Source of the DNA: a bacterium
Lineage (GTDB): Bacteria; Patescibacteriota; Patescibacteriia; UBA9570
Assembly: GCA_030698395.1 (NCBI GenBank)
Contig: JAUYKW010000020.1
Coordinates: 1,741 to 65,740, forward strand
DNA: 64,000 nucleotides
Direction: 5' to 3'
The notes beneath the pieces are model-generated. The model saw only the letters and a list, made by a program, of their open reading frames with translations, did no database searches and was not told where the DNA came from. The position numbers were made by a program, and so were the translations under genes. Numbering within the stretch: position 1 is the first letter of the stretch; each line of letters opens with the position of its first letter. Positions 38,544 to 48,832 of this stretch are shown here, one piece after another.

Positions 38544-39983
38544 CTATTTTCTCCTTTTAACTAATCTACGTCTTGTCCTTATGAAAAATACGATATTTAA
38601 ACAAACGCTTATAACTGTTATACCTATTAATGTATAGAAGATATATTTCTTGTTACTTTCCAATATTTGATAGAAAGACTTAGTATCGTCACGTGGATCA
38701 GGCATGTCTACTGGCCAATCGATATCATCTAACCCATAACGGTAAGATCTAAAAATTGCATTTAGATGGGCTGTATTTGAATAATGCGGACTAATATATT
38801 CCCAAACTATTTCATTATCAAACTTTAAACGATATAGTGGTTTGTTCTTTTCTTTCTTGCCATTAGGTTTTACCTCAAAAATTCTACCAAAGTCACCCTC
38901 TGTAATTAATGTATTACCATTTGGTAAGCGCTGAGTACCAGAAATTTTACCGGAAAAAAATCTGCTACCATCCATACCATCACCTTGATACTCCCAAACT
39001 ATTTCGTTTGTTTGCGGATTAACTTCAATGACTTTTGAATTTGGTCGCTGAGTTTTTTTCAAAGCTGGCCTGTGCATTCCGTTGTCATACAACAACACAT
39101 TACCATTCTCCAACAACGTAGAATCATGTTGTCCATTTAATATTCCATCGCCCCACTCCCAACTAATTTCTCCAGTTGCTTTATTAATTATCATTACTGT
39201 ATCTAAATACCTGAAGCTCGTTAAAACTGATTCTTCTCCATTATATGAATTTCCAGCTGGTAAATATTCTACCGTATTTGCATGCGTCCATTCATTTCTA
39301 TTATTAAGATCATCTATCGAGTAATTTTCTATCTGCATCATATCTTGTGTATGCCATTCCCAAACAATTTCCTTTGTATCATAATCAATTTCAATAAGCA
39401 CATCACTCCATGTTACTCCATCCCAATCCTTTGCAATTATCCCACCACGAATCCGATCCATGTTTTCAGTTTTTATAGGCTCCCACATGATTGCCATGAT
39501 ATTACCGTTTGGTAATTTATCAAAATCATGATGCAGAAAATCATTTTTATATTCCCACATAATATTTCCATCCCAATCAATCTCTTGAATTACTCCACCA
39601 CCGCCACCTGGTAAAGATTCATGATTACTTGTACTTCCAGCATATAAAAGCGTACTATCTTTTAATAAAAAACCATAAAGTCCCGGAGAATGATTTACTG
39701 GCCAGGAATGAACAACATCTCCTTGCATATCTACCAAATACACATGATGTAATAGTTTGCCCTTTTCGCGAGAAACTGGTGTATATAAAGTAAAACCATC
39801 ATATGTATCGGTTGGTTTATCTATTGTTACTCCATGTTGAACCACCGAAGGATATGCAAAAACCGCTGAAGCAAAGAAAATAAAAAAAATAGAGTTAATT
39901 AAAACAAACCATAATCGCTTGATCTGTTTTAAACTTCTATATTCAAAAAAAAGTTTCCAATTCATAAATCCAGAAATGTGCAC
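38544..39983 (-). CDS. membrane-anchored beta-propeller protein, arylsulfotransferase (ASST)-like
   Basis: N-terminal TM, repeated NGN-containing blades (LPNGNIMAI, ENGNVLLYDNG, LPNGNTLITEG), HHDFD motif, C-terminal TM. Confidence 0.4.
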   Translation of the reverse strand: MHISGFMNWKLFFEYRSLKQIKRLWFVLINSIFFIFFASAVFAYPSVVQHGVTIDKPTDTYDGFTLYTPVSREKGKLLHHVYLVDMQGDVVHSWPVNHSPGLYGFLLKDSTLLYAGSTSNHESLPGGGGGVIQEIDWDGNIMWEYKNDFLHHDFDKLPNGNIMAIMWEPIKTENMDRIRGGIIAKDWDGVTWSDVLIEIDYDTKEIVWEWHTQDMMQIENYSIDDLNNRNEWTHANTVEYLPAGNSYNGEESVLTSFRYLDTVMIINKATGEISWEWGDGILNGQHDSTLLENGNVLLYDNGMHRPALKKTQRPNSKVIEVNPQTNEIVWEYQGDGMDGSRFFSGKISGTQRLPNGNTLITEGDFGRIFEVKPNGKKEKNKPLYRLKFDNEIVWEYISPHYSNTAHLNAIFRSYRYGLDDIDWPVDMPDPRDDTKSFYQILESNKKYIFYTLIGITVISVCLNIVFFIRTRRRLVKRRK

Positions 39984-39993
39984 AAAGTGTTCA

Positions 39994-41679
39994 TTAACCT
40001 TTTATCTGATTAAATGTAATCTCAATATCATCTTTAATTGCGTCTGGTAACGTACCTTCTTGGATAGTGCCAGTATCATTAATATCCTGCACAGCTTTTT
40101 CTATATATGAAATAGTTGTTCGTCCTTCAGCTAAATTATTTTCAATTCCATCACTACAATGCACAACAATATCTCCCGGATTAACAGATTCCACAAAAAC
40201 ATTTGATGTTTTGTTTTTTCGATCATCAGAAATTTCAGGTACCTTGCCTCTATTTTTTATTATCACATTACGAATATGTCCCCGTTCTGCTGGATCGTTC
40301 AGTGATCTTGCTATTCCATTACTTACAATATATGTTTCACTATCACCAATATTCACTACAACAACTGCACTATGCTCAGGAAAATACCTAGAACCCACAA
40401 TTGTTGTTCCAGCCATTCCTTCAAGATCTGTACAAGATTCCGGCAGCTCGTTTAAGCGTGACGTCACATGTTGCTGAATCTCCACTAAAGACATTTCTGC
40501 TGGGACTGATTCAAAAATATGCATTAATGCATTTGAAACACGTTTTGCAGCCTCTGCGGAACTTTCGCCTGTTGAATTTCCATCTGCTAATATTGTTGCT
40601 CCAATTTCTGCATTTACAACACTATAATCTTCACCATGTTTATTTAAATCAAAGGTCATCCTTCTTTCTTGAGTTGCGCGCCTATTTAAACGAGGAATTT
40701 TTCCTTTTTTCTTTGCTCCATATACTTGTATTGAATTTTTTTCTGTATCAATATTTTTTATAGATTCAATTACTCCTTTATCTGAGGCTCTTGCCATTTC
40801 TAAAAAAATAGCATGAGCTTCTGAAGCAACTTTTCTATTAATCACCTCTGCAATTACGTTGTCAGTGCAAATCCAATCAGGTAGATTCTGTAATATTTGA
40901 TTTACATCATCAGCTAGATCTTGCGCAACCTGTAACATTTCTGGTCGAATACGAATTTTCTCACTCCTTTTACTTCGAATATATTTTTTTACCTCTGTTA
41001 TACGCTGGACTGTTTCCGACATTAATTCTTTCGGGGGTAAATTTGTGTTGATTCGTTCAAAAAAATTAGCAGGTACTAATTCTGTATCATCTCTCCATTC
41101 TATTTTTTCTTTTTTTGATACAGCCTCTTCCGTGTCTGGCTTACTATTATCTACCTCATCTGGCTCGTCAAAACTGGAAAGGTCTGCTATGTCAGTAGAC
41201 GACAATCCTGAAGAAGATTCTATATATTCCTGAACATCATAACTAAGAAATTTGATTTCTTCCATGTGCGCCCTCGCTTCTGCTGGAGTCATGCTAGCCA
41301 CTTTAGTTTCGTGATCAGTTAGTTTTTTTTGTAGTTCTGTCAACTTCGTTCTGTGCTTTGTTTCGCCATCCCACCACATTTTTAACTTTTTCACAAAATC
41401 CATCATTTGTTCATAACGATTATCCGATGCCTCCAATGCTCTATCTAAGTGTCCTTGGATATATCTCACTTCTGATGCTATATCATCATGTACAGTTTTT
41501 CCTTCAAGCACCGCTCTAACCTCCTCTAAATAGTCTGCTCTATCAGACTCTGGAATGCCTTCATCAAAAGCAGTATCTCCAAAACGATCCTCGGTTTGTG
41601 CTGACACAGGTATACCCACGATAGGTTCTTGCCGTGGAATCGGAACTGGTCTGATTGGTGCTCGTACTGGCTCTCCCAT
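39994..41679 (-). CDS. PP2C-family Ser/Thr phosphatase domain protein with long N-terminal coiled-coil region
   Basis: C-terminal region VVVNIGDSETYIV (PP2C GDSR-like motif) and VVHCSDGIENN (DG motif). Confidence 0.55.
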   Translation of the reverse strand: MGEPVRAPIRPVPIPRQEPIVGIPVSAQTEDRFGDTAFDEGIPESDRADYLEEVRAVLEGKTVHDDIASEVRYIQGHLDRALEASDNRYEQMMDFVKKLKMWWDGETKHRTKLTELQKKLTDHETKVASMTPAEARAHMEEIKFLSYDVQEYIESSSGLSSTDIADLSSFDEPDEVDNSKPDTEEAVSKKEKIEWRDDTELVPANFFERINTNLPPKELMSETVQRITEVKKYIRSKRSEKIRIRPEMLQVAQDLADDVNQILQNLPDWICTDNVIAEVINRKVASEAHAIFLEMARASDKGVIESIKNIDTEKNSIQVYGAKKKGKIPRLNRRATQERRMTFDLNKHGEDYSVVNAEIGATILADGNSTGESSAEAAKRVSNALMHIFESVPAEMSLVEIQQHVTSRLNELPESCTDLEGMAGTTIVGSRYFPEHSAVVVVNIGDSETYIVSNGIARSLNDPAERGHIRNVIIKNRGKVPEISDDRKNKTSNVFVESVNPGDIVVHCSDGIENNLAEGRTTISYIEKAVQDINDTGTIQEGTLPDAIKDDIEITFNQIKG

Positions 41680-41845
41680 ATAAACTTATCAACAATAATT
41701 AATATTATGATTAATTGACTTATGCCAAATTATTTCAGAGATAATTATAGCATACATATAGGAATACTTTTAAAAAAAAGACTTGACAAAAGCTACTAAA
41801 AATGCTATTATTAACTTCGTATTTCATAGTAATTACTATACTCAG

Positions 41846-44800
41846 ATGCCAGAAGAGTTAATCGCTCCAATAGCAAATAATGACAGTAATAATCGTCCTG
41901 ATCAAAATCAGCGGCGTTTGAATTTAGAAACATCAGAACTAACTACAGCAGATGAAACAACACAACAAACTCCTCGATCACCTGCGGAAGAAGCTCGATG
42001 GCGTATTGATTATTGGATGCAAAAAGCAGAAGAACAACACAATCAATTGCAGGAAGATGAACGTGTTATAAAAATTCAAGCAGAAATTGAAGATAAGGAA
42101 TGGAAAAAAAACCACGATTTTTTGTTTGAAACAGATGATTCTGCAAACCCTGAATTAGATTCTCCAGCTATTACCAACTACAAAAAAATAGTGAATGATG
42201 AACCTAGTGGTATAGAAAATACCAGACGCTGGTTAAATCGTGGTGCAATGAGCGTTTTTGATAGAATTCAAAATCCTGATAAAGTTCAAACAACTGTAAG
42301 ATATCTCGAAGCAACAGTTCAAGATGAAGATAGCCAATATATTTACCGAAAAAAAAATGAGAGCATAGATTCCTTGCGAAAAAGAATAAAAGTTTTTTTA
42401 GCTAAAGGTTATAAAATAGGTGACAGAACTGATTTAGACGATGATGATATACATAGTATAAGGCTTGATAAAGCAAAAAAACTACACCTCAATAGAAATT
42501 CTCGACAAAATATAGATCGTCTAAGTTCAGTTATAGAGGATCCCGCTTTTACGTTACACGCACTCCGAGCAATAGGACTAAATGTTACTCCAAGACTTTT
42601 TCAAATTGGAAAAAGCTATGAAGAACACGGAACGATGCAAAACTTAGAAAAAATGTGCAAAGCAGTAAATGGTATGCAAGACGTATTAATAGATCTTGGA
42701 CAAGGAATATCTTGGGAACAATTTCCCGCCTACAATGATGATGTGGTAGAAATTTTTGGAAAAAAAGAAATTTTTGCAAAACTATCCGATCAAAAAATAC
42801 GCAGGTCACTAAAAGAGTTTATAAATAAAATGGCAGACAAGCCACATTTTCGTGATATTGAAGCGTTAATCGGCATTGTGATTGATGATAATTATATTGC
42901 GACACTACAACTATTATCTGAATCAACAAAATACAATATGGCAAAATCTGCATCTATTCGAGCAATTCATAGAATGGGGCAAGTTGGAGATTTAACCATC
43001 ATGGCTCGGATGCAACGTGCTGGCATTAAACTAGATAGACATGACAGGGGCGATATTGTAGAGATAACTGAATATACCAATAACAATGAACCGGTAGAAC
43101 TGGAAAGGGCAAATGAAGTTTTAAAAAGGACAAAAGCTAGAATAGGCGAAAGCTTAGCTGATGATAATGTAATATTTTTTTTACAGAAATTACGAAGTAT
43201 CGTACCAATTAAAATTTATCCTGGAGAATTAGATAGCATAGCCAAGCTTTATGAACACGAAAAAGAAGTAATCGCCTTCATAAGTTTTTTAGTATCTATA
43301 AATGCAGACATGGCAAAAAAAGTTACGTTGCGAGATATTGAAAATGCAGTTACTAATCCGGAAAATCTGGCGAAAGTGCTCAATCCTAAATATGCAAAAT
43401 TCTTGAAGATACTTATAAAAAGCGATTTAAGACTAAATTTAGGATACGATCCTATAAGTGAGATGACCAGTTTTAGCTCAGGCCAAATAAATTGGGTATA
43501 TAGCCTATTTCAAAATGAAGAAATTAGAGAAGCTTTTTTTGATGAACCATTACACGAATTCCTTAATTATTTGAACGAAAATGGAATAATAGTTCGCATA
43601 GACAGATGGTCTAGTCATGTTAACTTTCTAATAAAAGTAGGTAAAATAGCTGGGGTACCTAAAATTTTAAGTGCCCTAAAAGCGCACGGCATTGAACATG
43701 AAGATTTAGATGGTATGTTTTATAATCGTAATGAAATATTTAACTTATGCAATGCAGAAAGTATTGCGGCTCTAAATGACCCCCGCTTTGAAGCAATCAA
43801 AACCAGATTAGCAGAACTTCAATTACAACCCTCTAGTACTGAAGATATACCAAATAATAAAATTTTTGAACAAATCCGTAATGCAATCACAGCACTAAAA
43901 TCTCCTGAATTAACGGAAGCATTACTTGATGATAATAAATATGAAAAGATAAAAGCTTTCATTGCAAGATTGGCAGAACATGGTAAAAAACTAGTTGCTG
44001 ACTCCCCTGATGAAATAGCTAAACTAACAGATTCGCATGTTCAGAAACTTGATGAATTTATAGAATTTGCAACCTCTTCTACAACAGTAAATATTTCCGA
44101 CTACTTAATTTTTTGTAACCAAACCGCAATTGTAAAACGCGGTCTGAGCAGATATCAAGAACTTCACCAAACAACTGAAATACCAGCCGATATTAGAAGT
44201 CTGGCAAAAATTGGAGAAAGTGAATCTTGGCAAGTTAATGAGCTAAAAAAATTAATTGGAGAACAAGAACGTACAATAGAAGAAATTCAAGCTGTAATGC
44301 AAGACTTTGCTGGCTTTAAAGAATTTGCAGAATATTATGCTTCAATAACTGGATACAACATTATCGATGCCACACGTAACAAAATACTCAAATTATCAGA
44401 ATTCGTTCCATTCAGAAAACAAATAACTGAAATACAAAATGATTTTAAACTTGCAACAGGAAAGGAATTAGTAAGTCGAGATATTTTAGAAACTAGCATA
44501 GATAGTCTTCAAATTTTTTGTAATATTAACAGTGCAACAAGACAAGAACTCTTTAAACACTTTAACAATAGAAGCAAAAGCTTTGATGAAGTTATTAGTT
44601 CTGCGCTAAATTTTTATAACGAAATAAATGAGCTTCCAAATATAATTATAGATGCTATTAACGAACGCTTCGGTGATGATTGGGACGCACCTCTTGATCT
44701 CTCTTCTCTAAAATCGTTAACAGAAGATGACTACATTGCTATTTTAGATGCCTTTGTAATATTTAGTGAAAAATATGAAGTTTCATTCCAACATTTACCA

Positions 44801-47302
44801 GAATTTATTAAATTATATAGAGGCGGTGTATTAGATATTATTGATAATGCAAAAACTTCCTATGGATATATACCAAACATGAATCGTCATTGGGACGATT
44901 TGTGCAGATTTGCAGAACAAAATAAAGATAATCAGGCATGGAATGCGTTTGTTGATGTCCACGAAAGATTTGGTATTTCCTTCATTGCTGCACTCGAAAA
45001 TCCAGAAGCAGTTATTATATTAAGTCAATCTACTAATATTCCTATTGCCATCGAACAGTTAAAAACTGCTGGCATACAAATGGACGAATTTGGTGATTTA
45101 TTAAATGCTGTTAGTTATTGGGAGCAAGCCGGACAAAATCCAGCCAGTTTTAATTTAATGCTTCGACTTAAGGATTACTTTGTAACTCTAAATATTTATG
45201 ACATAAGGTATTTTTCACCTTTTAAAGAGATAGAAAATGTTGCTGATGTAGAATCCTATGTTGCTGAAATAACAAATAGTAATAATGGTAAACTAAATCC
45301 TAGTCAAATTGGAAAAATAATTGATACATTACAACATCGAGAAACAGTTATTACACTACTAACCCAGTACAATATAGATTTTTCCGATATCATACTAGGC
45401 TCAGAATTAAAATTTACCGAAGAATTATTAAAAGCTGGAATTATTGAAGAAGTCACTAAAAATAAAAAATTTAAGTATGAATTTAATATTAATCATGCAT
45501 ATAGATTAAAAGTACTCACCGACGACCAGCAAAAATGGAATACTATAATTAAATTAAATGAAAAATACGGCATTATTTTAGAAGACTTTATTATAAATGA
45601 TGAAGTTTTGAATATGTATTTATTAATAGAACCAGAACTAAGATATGCTGAAACTGAACCATTAAATATTCGCGATCAACAAATATTAGCAGCTGGCTTA
45701 ATGAGTCGCATGATTCATGATGAAAGATTCGAACCTTTAGATGATTTAAAAATAACGGTCACTACGGAACATGGAACAGAAGTTCCAGCCTCAGCATATG
45801 CCAAAGAGTTTTTAGAAGCCTATCAAATTGGTAACAAAGGAAGAACCATCCTTACCTTGTTAATGGCACGAGAATTTATTGTTGACATGCCTATAGAAAA
45901 TGTATTTACAAACGTATTTGAAGCACTTGTAAATTATAGAAAAATACTAGACTCCTATAATGACAACCAAATACCAAATGGACTTAGAGCATCTATTGGC
46001 ATGGAACATGAAATAACCAATAGCACTGATGTTTCATATCGAGATACTGTTAATGCTAGAGGCCTAAAATTTGATATGCAAACTATTTCTAAGTATGCGG
46101 GAATTAGTCAAGGCAATGATGCAGTTCATGAAATAGCAACCAGACCCACAAATAATCCATATGCCCTTTTATTAGAAATGAAGTTATTGCAAGATCTAGA
46201 ATTCTTTGATCTTAACTTTAGTCGGCATGGTTATGAAAAAGGTGCTCATGGCTACCACTTAACCATAGGTGGTGAACGTGGAATTAAAGCAACTCCGAAT
46301 GTACATTTTTTACAAAATCTTTTAATTATATCAGGTTGGGGCGGAGTTAATGCTGGTGATTCCGTAAGTTACGTATCTAGAGGTAGAACAAGCAGTGCTA
46401 TTAGAGAAAGAAACTTATATGGAAGTAATAATATCCAAGTATTTGCAAACGCTACAGCATCAACAGAATTAAGATCATTATCCATTGATCAGTGGGAACC
46501 ATTTGAAAGATCCATAATTACAAGCCACTATGCCGCTGTTGCCATTCAAGCAATGGAAGAGTTTACAAAAATTACACCAGAAGATATTTACAAATTTGAT
46601 AATTTACCTGCAACACCAGCAGATCTAAGAGAAGCGTTGGCAATGAACGATCTTCTACCCACCGATACGCCTCCGCCACTCGATAAAGTTTCATTCGAAA
46701 TAATTCATGCATGGTTACAACTAAATGTCGAGATACAAAAAATTATTAAAGATCATAATGAAAATTTCTTAAATAATGAAAGCTATGGTTACGAAAATGA
46801 AAGAGGAGTATGGGTAGAAATAGAAGAGTTTGGAGGTGAACAAAATCGCAATAGATTTACTGCTGTAGTTAGTAGCATAGATGAAAGTAGATCTTTAGAA
46901 GATTATACTTCCAAATTGACAATCGATCCAGAATCTCTTTACGATGGTACCGAACCTGAATTTGTAAATACATTAATCAAAGTAAATAATTTATTCTTAA
47001 AGCCTTCCACTAAATCGTCATCTGGCGAAACTGTAGATAGTCCAAGAGAAAATGCTCTAGCAATGCTAGATACAACTAAGCGTAATGGAAACAGAATAGA
47101 AGATGCAAAATCTGGAGCAGCATCTCAATCCATATTCGATAATAATGGTATGACCAGACGCGGATACTACAACGCACAAGGTGGTAGCGAAAGAATGATT
47201 ACTCACGCAGTACAAATAGCACTATTGAAATTTAATGCCAAAATGGAAAAGTTAGTAAGAAAACCTACCCCAATAGAAGAACCTAAAACAATGGCAGCAT
47301 AA
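41846..47302 (+). CDS. giant hypothetical protein (about 1818 aa from ATG 41846; ORF track uses TTG at 41783)
   Basis: 5.5-kb uninterrupted ORF. The upstream TTG start (41783-41785) is the first three bases of the promoter-like hexamer TTGACA (41783-41788), followed by N17 and TATTAT (41806-41811), so the ATG at 41846 (MPEELIAP) is the more plausible start. Helical N-terminal two-thirds, no recognisable domain. Confidence 0.65.
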   Translation: MPEELIAPIANNDSNNRPDQNQRRLNLETSELTTADETTQQTPRSPAEEARWRIDYWMQKAEEQHNQLQEDERVIKIQAEIEDKEWKKNHDFLFETDDSANPELDSPAITNYKKIVNDEPSGIENTRRWLNRGAMSVFDRIQNPDKVQTTVRYLEATVQDEDSQYIYRKKNESIDSLRKRIKVFLAKGYKIGDRTDLDDDDIHSIRLDKAKKLHLNRNSRQNIDRLSSVIEDPAFTLHALRAIGLNVTPRLFQIGKSYEEHGTMQNLEKMCKAVNGMQDVLIDLGQGISWEQFPAYNDDVVEIFGKKEIFAKLSDQKIRRSLKEFINKMADKPHFRDIEALIGIVIDDNYIATLQLLSESTKYNMAKSASIRAIHRMGQVGDLTIMARMQRAGIKLDRHDRGDIVEITEYTNNNEPVELERANEVLKRTKARIGESLADDNVIFFLQKLRSIVPIKIYPGELDSIAKLYEHEKEVIAFISFLVSINADMAKKVTLRDIENAVTNPENLAKVLNPKYAKFLKILIKSDLRLNLGYDPISEMTSFSSGQINWVYSLFQNEEIREAFFDEPLHEFLNYLNENGIIVRIDRWSSHVNFLIKVGKIAGVPKILSALKAHGIEHEDLDGMFYNRNEIFNLCNAESIAALNDPRFEAIKTRLAELQLQPSSTEDIPNNKIFEQIRNAITALKSPELTEALLDDNKYEKIKAFIARLAEHGKKLVADSPDEIAKLTDSHVQKLDEFIEFATSSTTVNISDYLIFCNQTAIVKRGLSRYQELHQTTEIPADIRSLAKIGESESWQVNELKKLIGEQERTIEEIQAVMQDFAGFKEFAEYYASITGYNIIDATRNKILKLSEFVPFRKQITEIQNDFKLATGKELVSRDILETSIDSLQIFCNINSATRQELFKHFNNRSKSFDEVISSALNFYNEINELPNIIIDAINERFGDDWDAPLDLSSLKSLTEDDYIAILDAFVIFSEKYEVSFQHLPEFIKLYRGGVLDIIDNAKTSYGYIPNMNRHWDDLCRFAEQNKDNQAWNAFVDVHERFGISFIAALENPEAVIILSQSTNIPIAIEQLKTAGIQMDEFGDLLNAVSYWEQAGQNPASFNLMLRLKDYFVTLNIYDIRYFSPFKEIENVADVESYVAEITNSNNGKLNPSQIGKIIDTLQHRETVITLLTQYNIDFSDIILGSELKFTEELLKAGIIEEVTKNKKFKYEFNINHAYRLKVLTDDQQKWNTIIKLNEKYGIILEDFIINDEVLNMYLLIEPELRYAETEPLNIRDQQILAAGLMSRMIHDERFEPLDDLKITVTTEHGTEVPASAYAKEFLEAYQIGNKGRTILTLLMAREFIVDMPIENVFTNVFEALVNYRKILDSYNDNQIPNGLRASIGMEHEITNSTDVSYRDTVNARGLKFDMQTISKYAGISQGNDAVHEIATRPTNNPYALLLEMKLLQDLEFFDLNFSRHGYEKGAHGYHLTIGGERGIKATPNVHFLQNLLIISGWGGVNAGDSVSYVSRGRTSSAIRERNLYGSNNIQVFANATASTELRSLSIDQWEPFERSIITSHYAAVAIQAMEEFTKITPEDIYKFDNLPATPADLREALAMNDLLPTDTPPPLDKVSFEIIHAWLQLNVEIQKIIKDHNENFLNNESYGYENERGVWVEIEEFGGEQNRNRFTAVVSSIDESRSLEDYTSKLTIDPESLYDGTEPEFVNTLIKVNNLFLKPSTKSSSGETVDSPRENALAMLDTTKRNGNRIEDAKSGAASQSIFDNNGMTRRGYYNAQGGSERMITHAVQIALLKFNAKMEKLVRKPTPIEEPKTMAA

Positions 47303-47306
47303 ATAT

Positions 47307-47738
47307 ATGACAAAACCACATTTAAGACTAATTCAAGAAGGAGAAGTATTTCCAACAACGGGGGTTTATGAATTATTAAAATTAGCAATCACGCAAGAAA
47401 TAGTTGAAGATCCCGAATTGCTACGCGATGTTTTAAATGACGTATATAAAGAACTGTCTCCTAGCGACTATGAATTAATCGAAGCTTTAACGTTTTTAGA
47501 AGATAGTGGTGCAATAACTCGTGAAGACAGAATGTTTTTCTTTGTATTATTTGCCGTCGCTAAAAATATAGGTCCATTCAATTTAAATGATATTAGAGAT
47601 GCTATTGTATTTGGAACTTTACAACCAGAAAGTATGCAAGAAAAGATCATTGATATTGATATCAATGATACGATAAAAGACTATCTCATAGCAGGCTTAG
47701 CAAAACTAAGTATAAAGAGAATTCCGAAAGAAAGTTAA
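47307..47738 (+). CDS. hypothetical protein, co-transcribed partner of giant protein
   Basis: Starts 5 bp after the giant gene stop; 143 aa, acidic. Confidence 0.45.
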   Translation: MTKPHLRLIQEGEVFPTTGVYELLKLAITQEIVEDPELLRDVLNDVYKELSPSDYELIEALTFLEDSGAITREDRMFFFVLFAVAKNIGPFNLNDIRDAIVFGTLQPESMQEKIIDIDINDTIKDYLIAGLAKLSIKRIPKES

Positions 47739-48832
47739 GGTAATGTTTTAAATTTTTTAATATTCGTCCACGGAGTAAAAGCATCCGCTACTTTAGCTCT
47801 TATTCTAATTTGATATCTTTTTCCAGGTTTTAAATTCTTAAATGTCCAATTTTTTTTCTGAGTACTTTTAGTACGTAGTCTCTTGCCTTTATTATTACGT
47901 AATTGAATTTTATATTTTGAAGCACCTGATAACGCATGCCATTTTATTTTTGCTGATGTAGTAGTTCTATATTTCTTAGGTATTGTAACATCTCCAACGC
48001 TTACTCCTTCTAAAATATATGAAAAAATACTGGTTTGATCCTTTAAGGTTAAATCGTTATATGTAAAAATCTGCATTTGTATAGTATCGTCGTACTCAAA
48101 GTGTGTATTACTAAAAAGGTCTGAACTGGCATCTGTACTTAACAATGCAAATTTCAATTCATATGCTGTTTCATTATCAAACTCTTTATTATTATAATCA
48201 TTAAATAAAAATAAGTTTGTATCTTCATTAGGATTAAAACTAACTTCCGTGAAACTACCAATATCAGTTTCCTGATAAATGACTTTCTCCATGATAGGAC
48301 TAGAAATATCTGTTTCTCCAACAGCCACACTAAAATGAGCCGTAAAGTAATAAACTTCATTTAAGCTGTCAGTCTCCGCCATTTTAATTACAAACCACAT
48401 ATCAAAATCTTCGGGCAATCCAATGCTATTACCAGCACCATTAGGATCACCAAATTCATAATATTCATCGCCAGCAATATCAAATATCTTTAAAAATGGA
48501 TAGTAAGTTGCAAAATAAATATATGTATTAGTTGCAGAATTACATAATTTAACATCCTCAATATCAAACATCTCATCAATGACTGTAGAGTAAGTATCAT
48601 TAACACTTGGTGTGGTAGACCAAGTTGTTCCGGCATAATACCAAGTTGTTCCGCTTATTTCATCCGTGTCTGTAACGACATCACTTACTCTATTCCACTC
48701 ATCAGGATTATCATTGATGGTAATTTTTTGATCACAAGAATAAGCAGGCGTTTCAACAGCCAAAGCGCTAGTTACAAAACCAAATACTCCTATAAATAAA
48801 GCTCCTATTAAAATGAATAATTTAGTCGGCAT
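47735..48832 (-). CDS. secreted protein with C-terminal fibronectin type III-like domain
   Basis: Signal peptide MPTKLFILIGALFIGVFGFVTSALA; C-terminal ~85 aa with FN3-like pattern (W...Y..Q.R). Confidence 0.5.
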   Translation of the reverse strand: MPTKLFILIGALFIGVFGFVTSALAVETPAYSCDQKITINDNPDEWNRVSDVVTDTDEISGTTWYYAGTTWSTTPSVNDTYSTVIDEMFDIEDVKLCNSATNTYIYFATYYPFLKIFDIAGDEYYEFGDPNGAGNSIGLPEDFDMWFVIKMAETDSLNEVYYFTAHFSVAVGETDISSPIMEKVIYQETDIGSFTEVSFNPNEDTNLFLFNDYNNKEFDNETAYELKFALLSTDASSDLFSNTHFEYDDTIQMQIFTYNDLTLKDQTSIFSYILEGVSVGDVTIPKKYRTTTSAKIKWHALSGASKYKIQLRNNKGKRLRTKSTQKKNWTFKNLKPGKRYQIRIRAKVADAFTPWTNIKKFKTLP

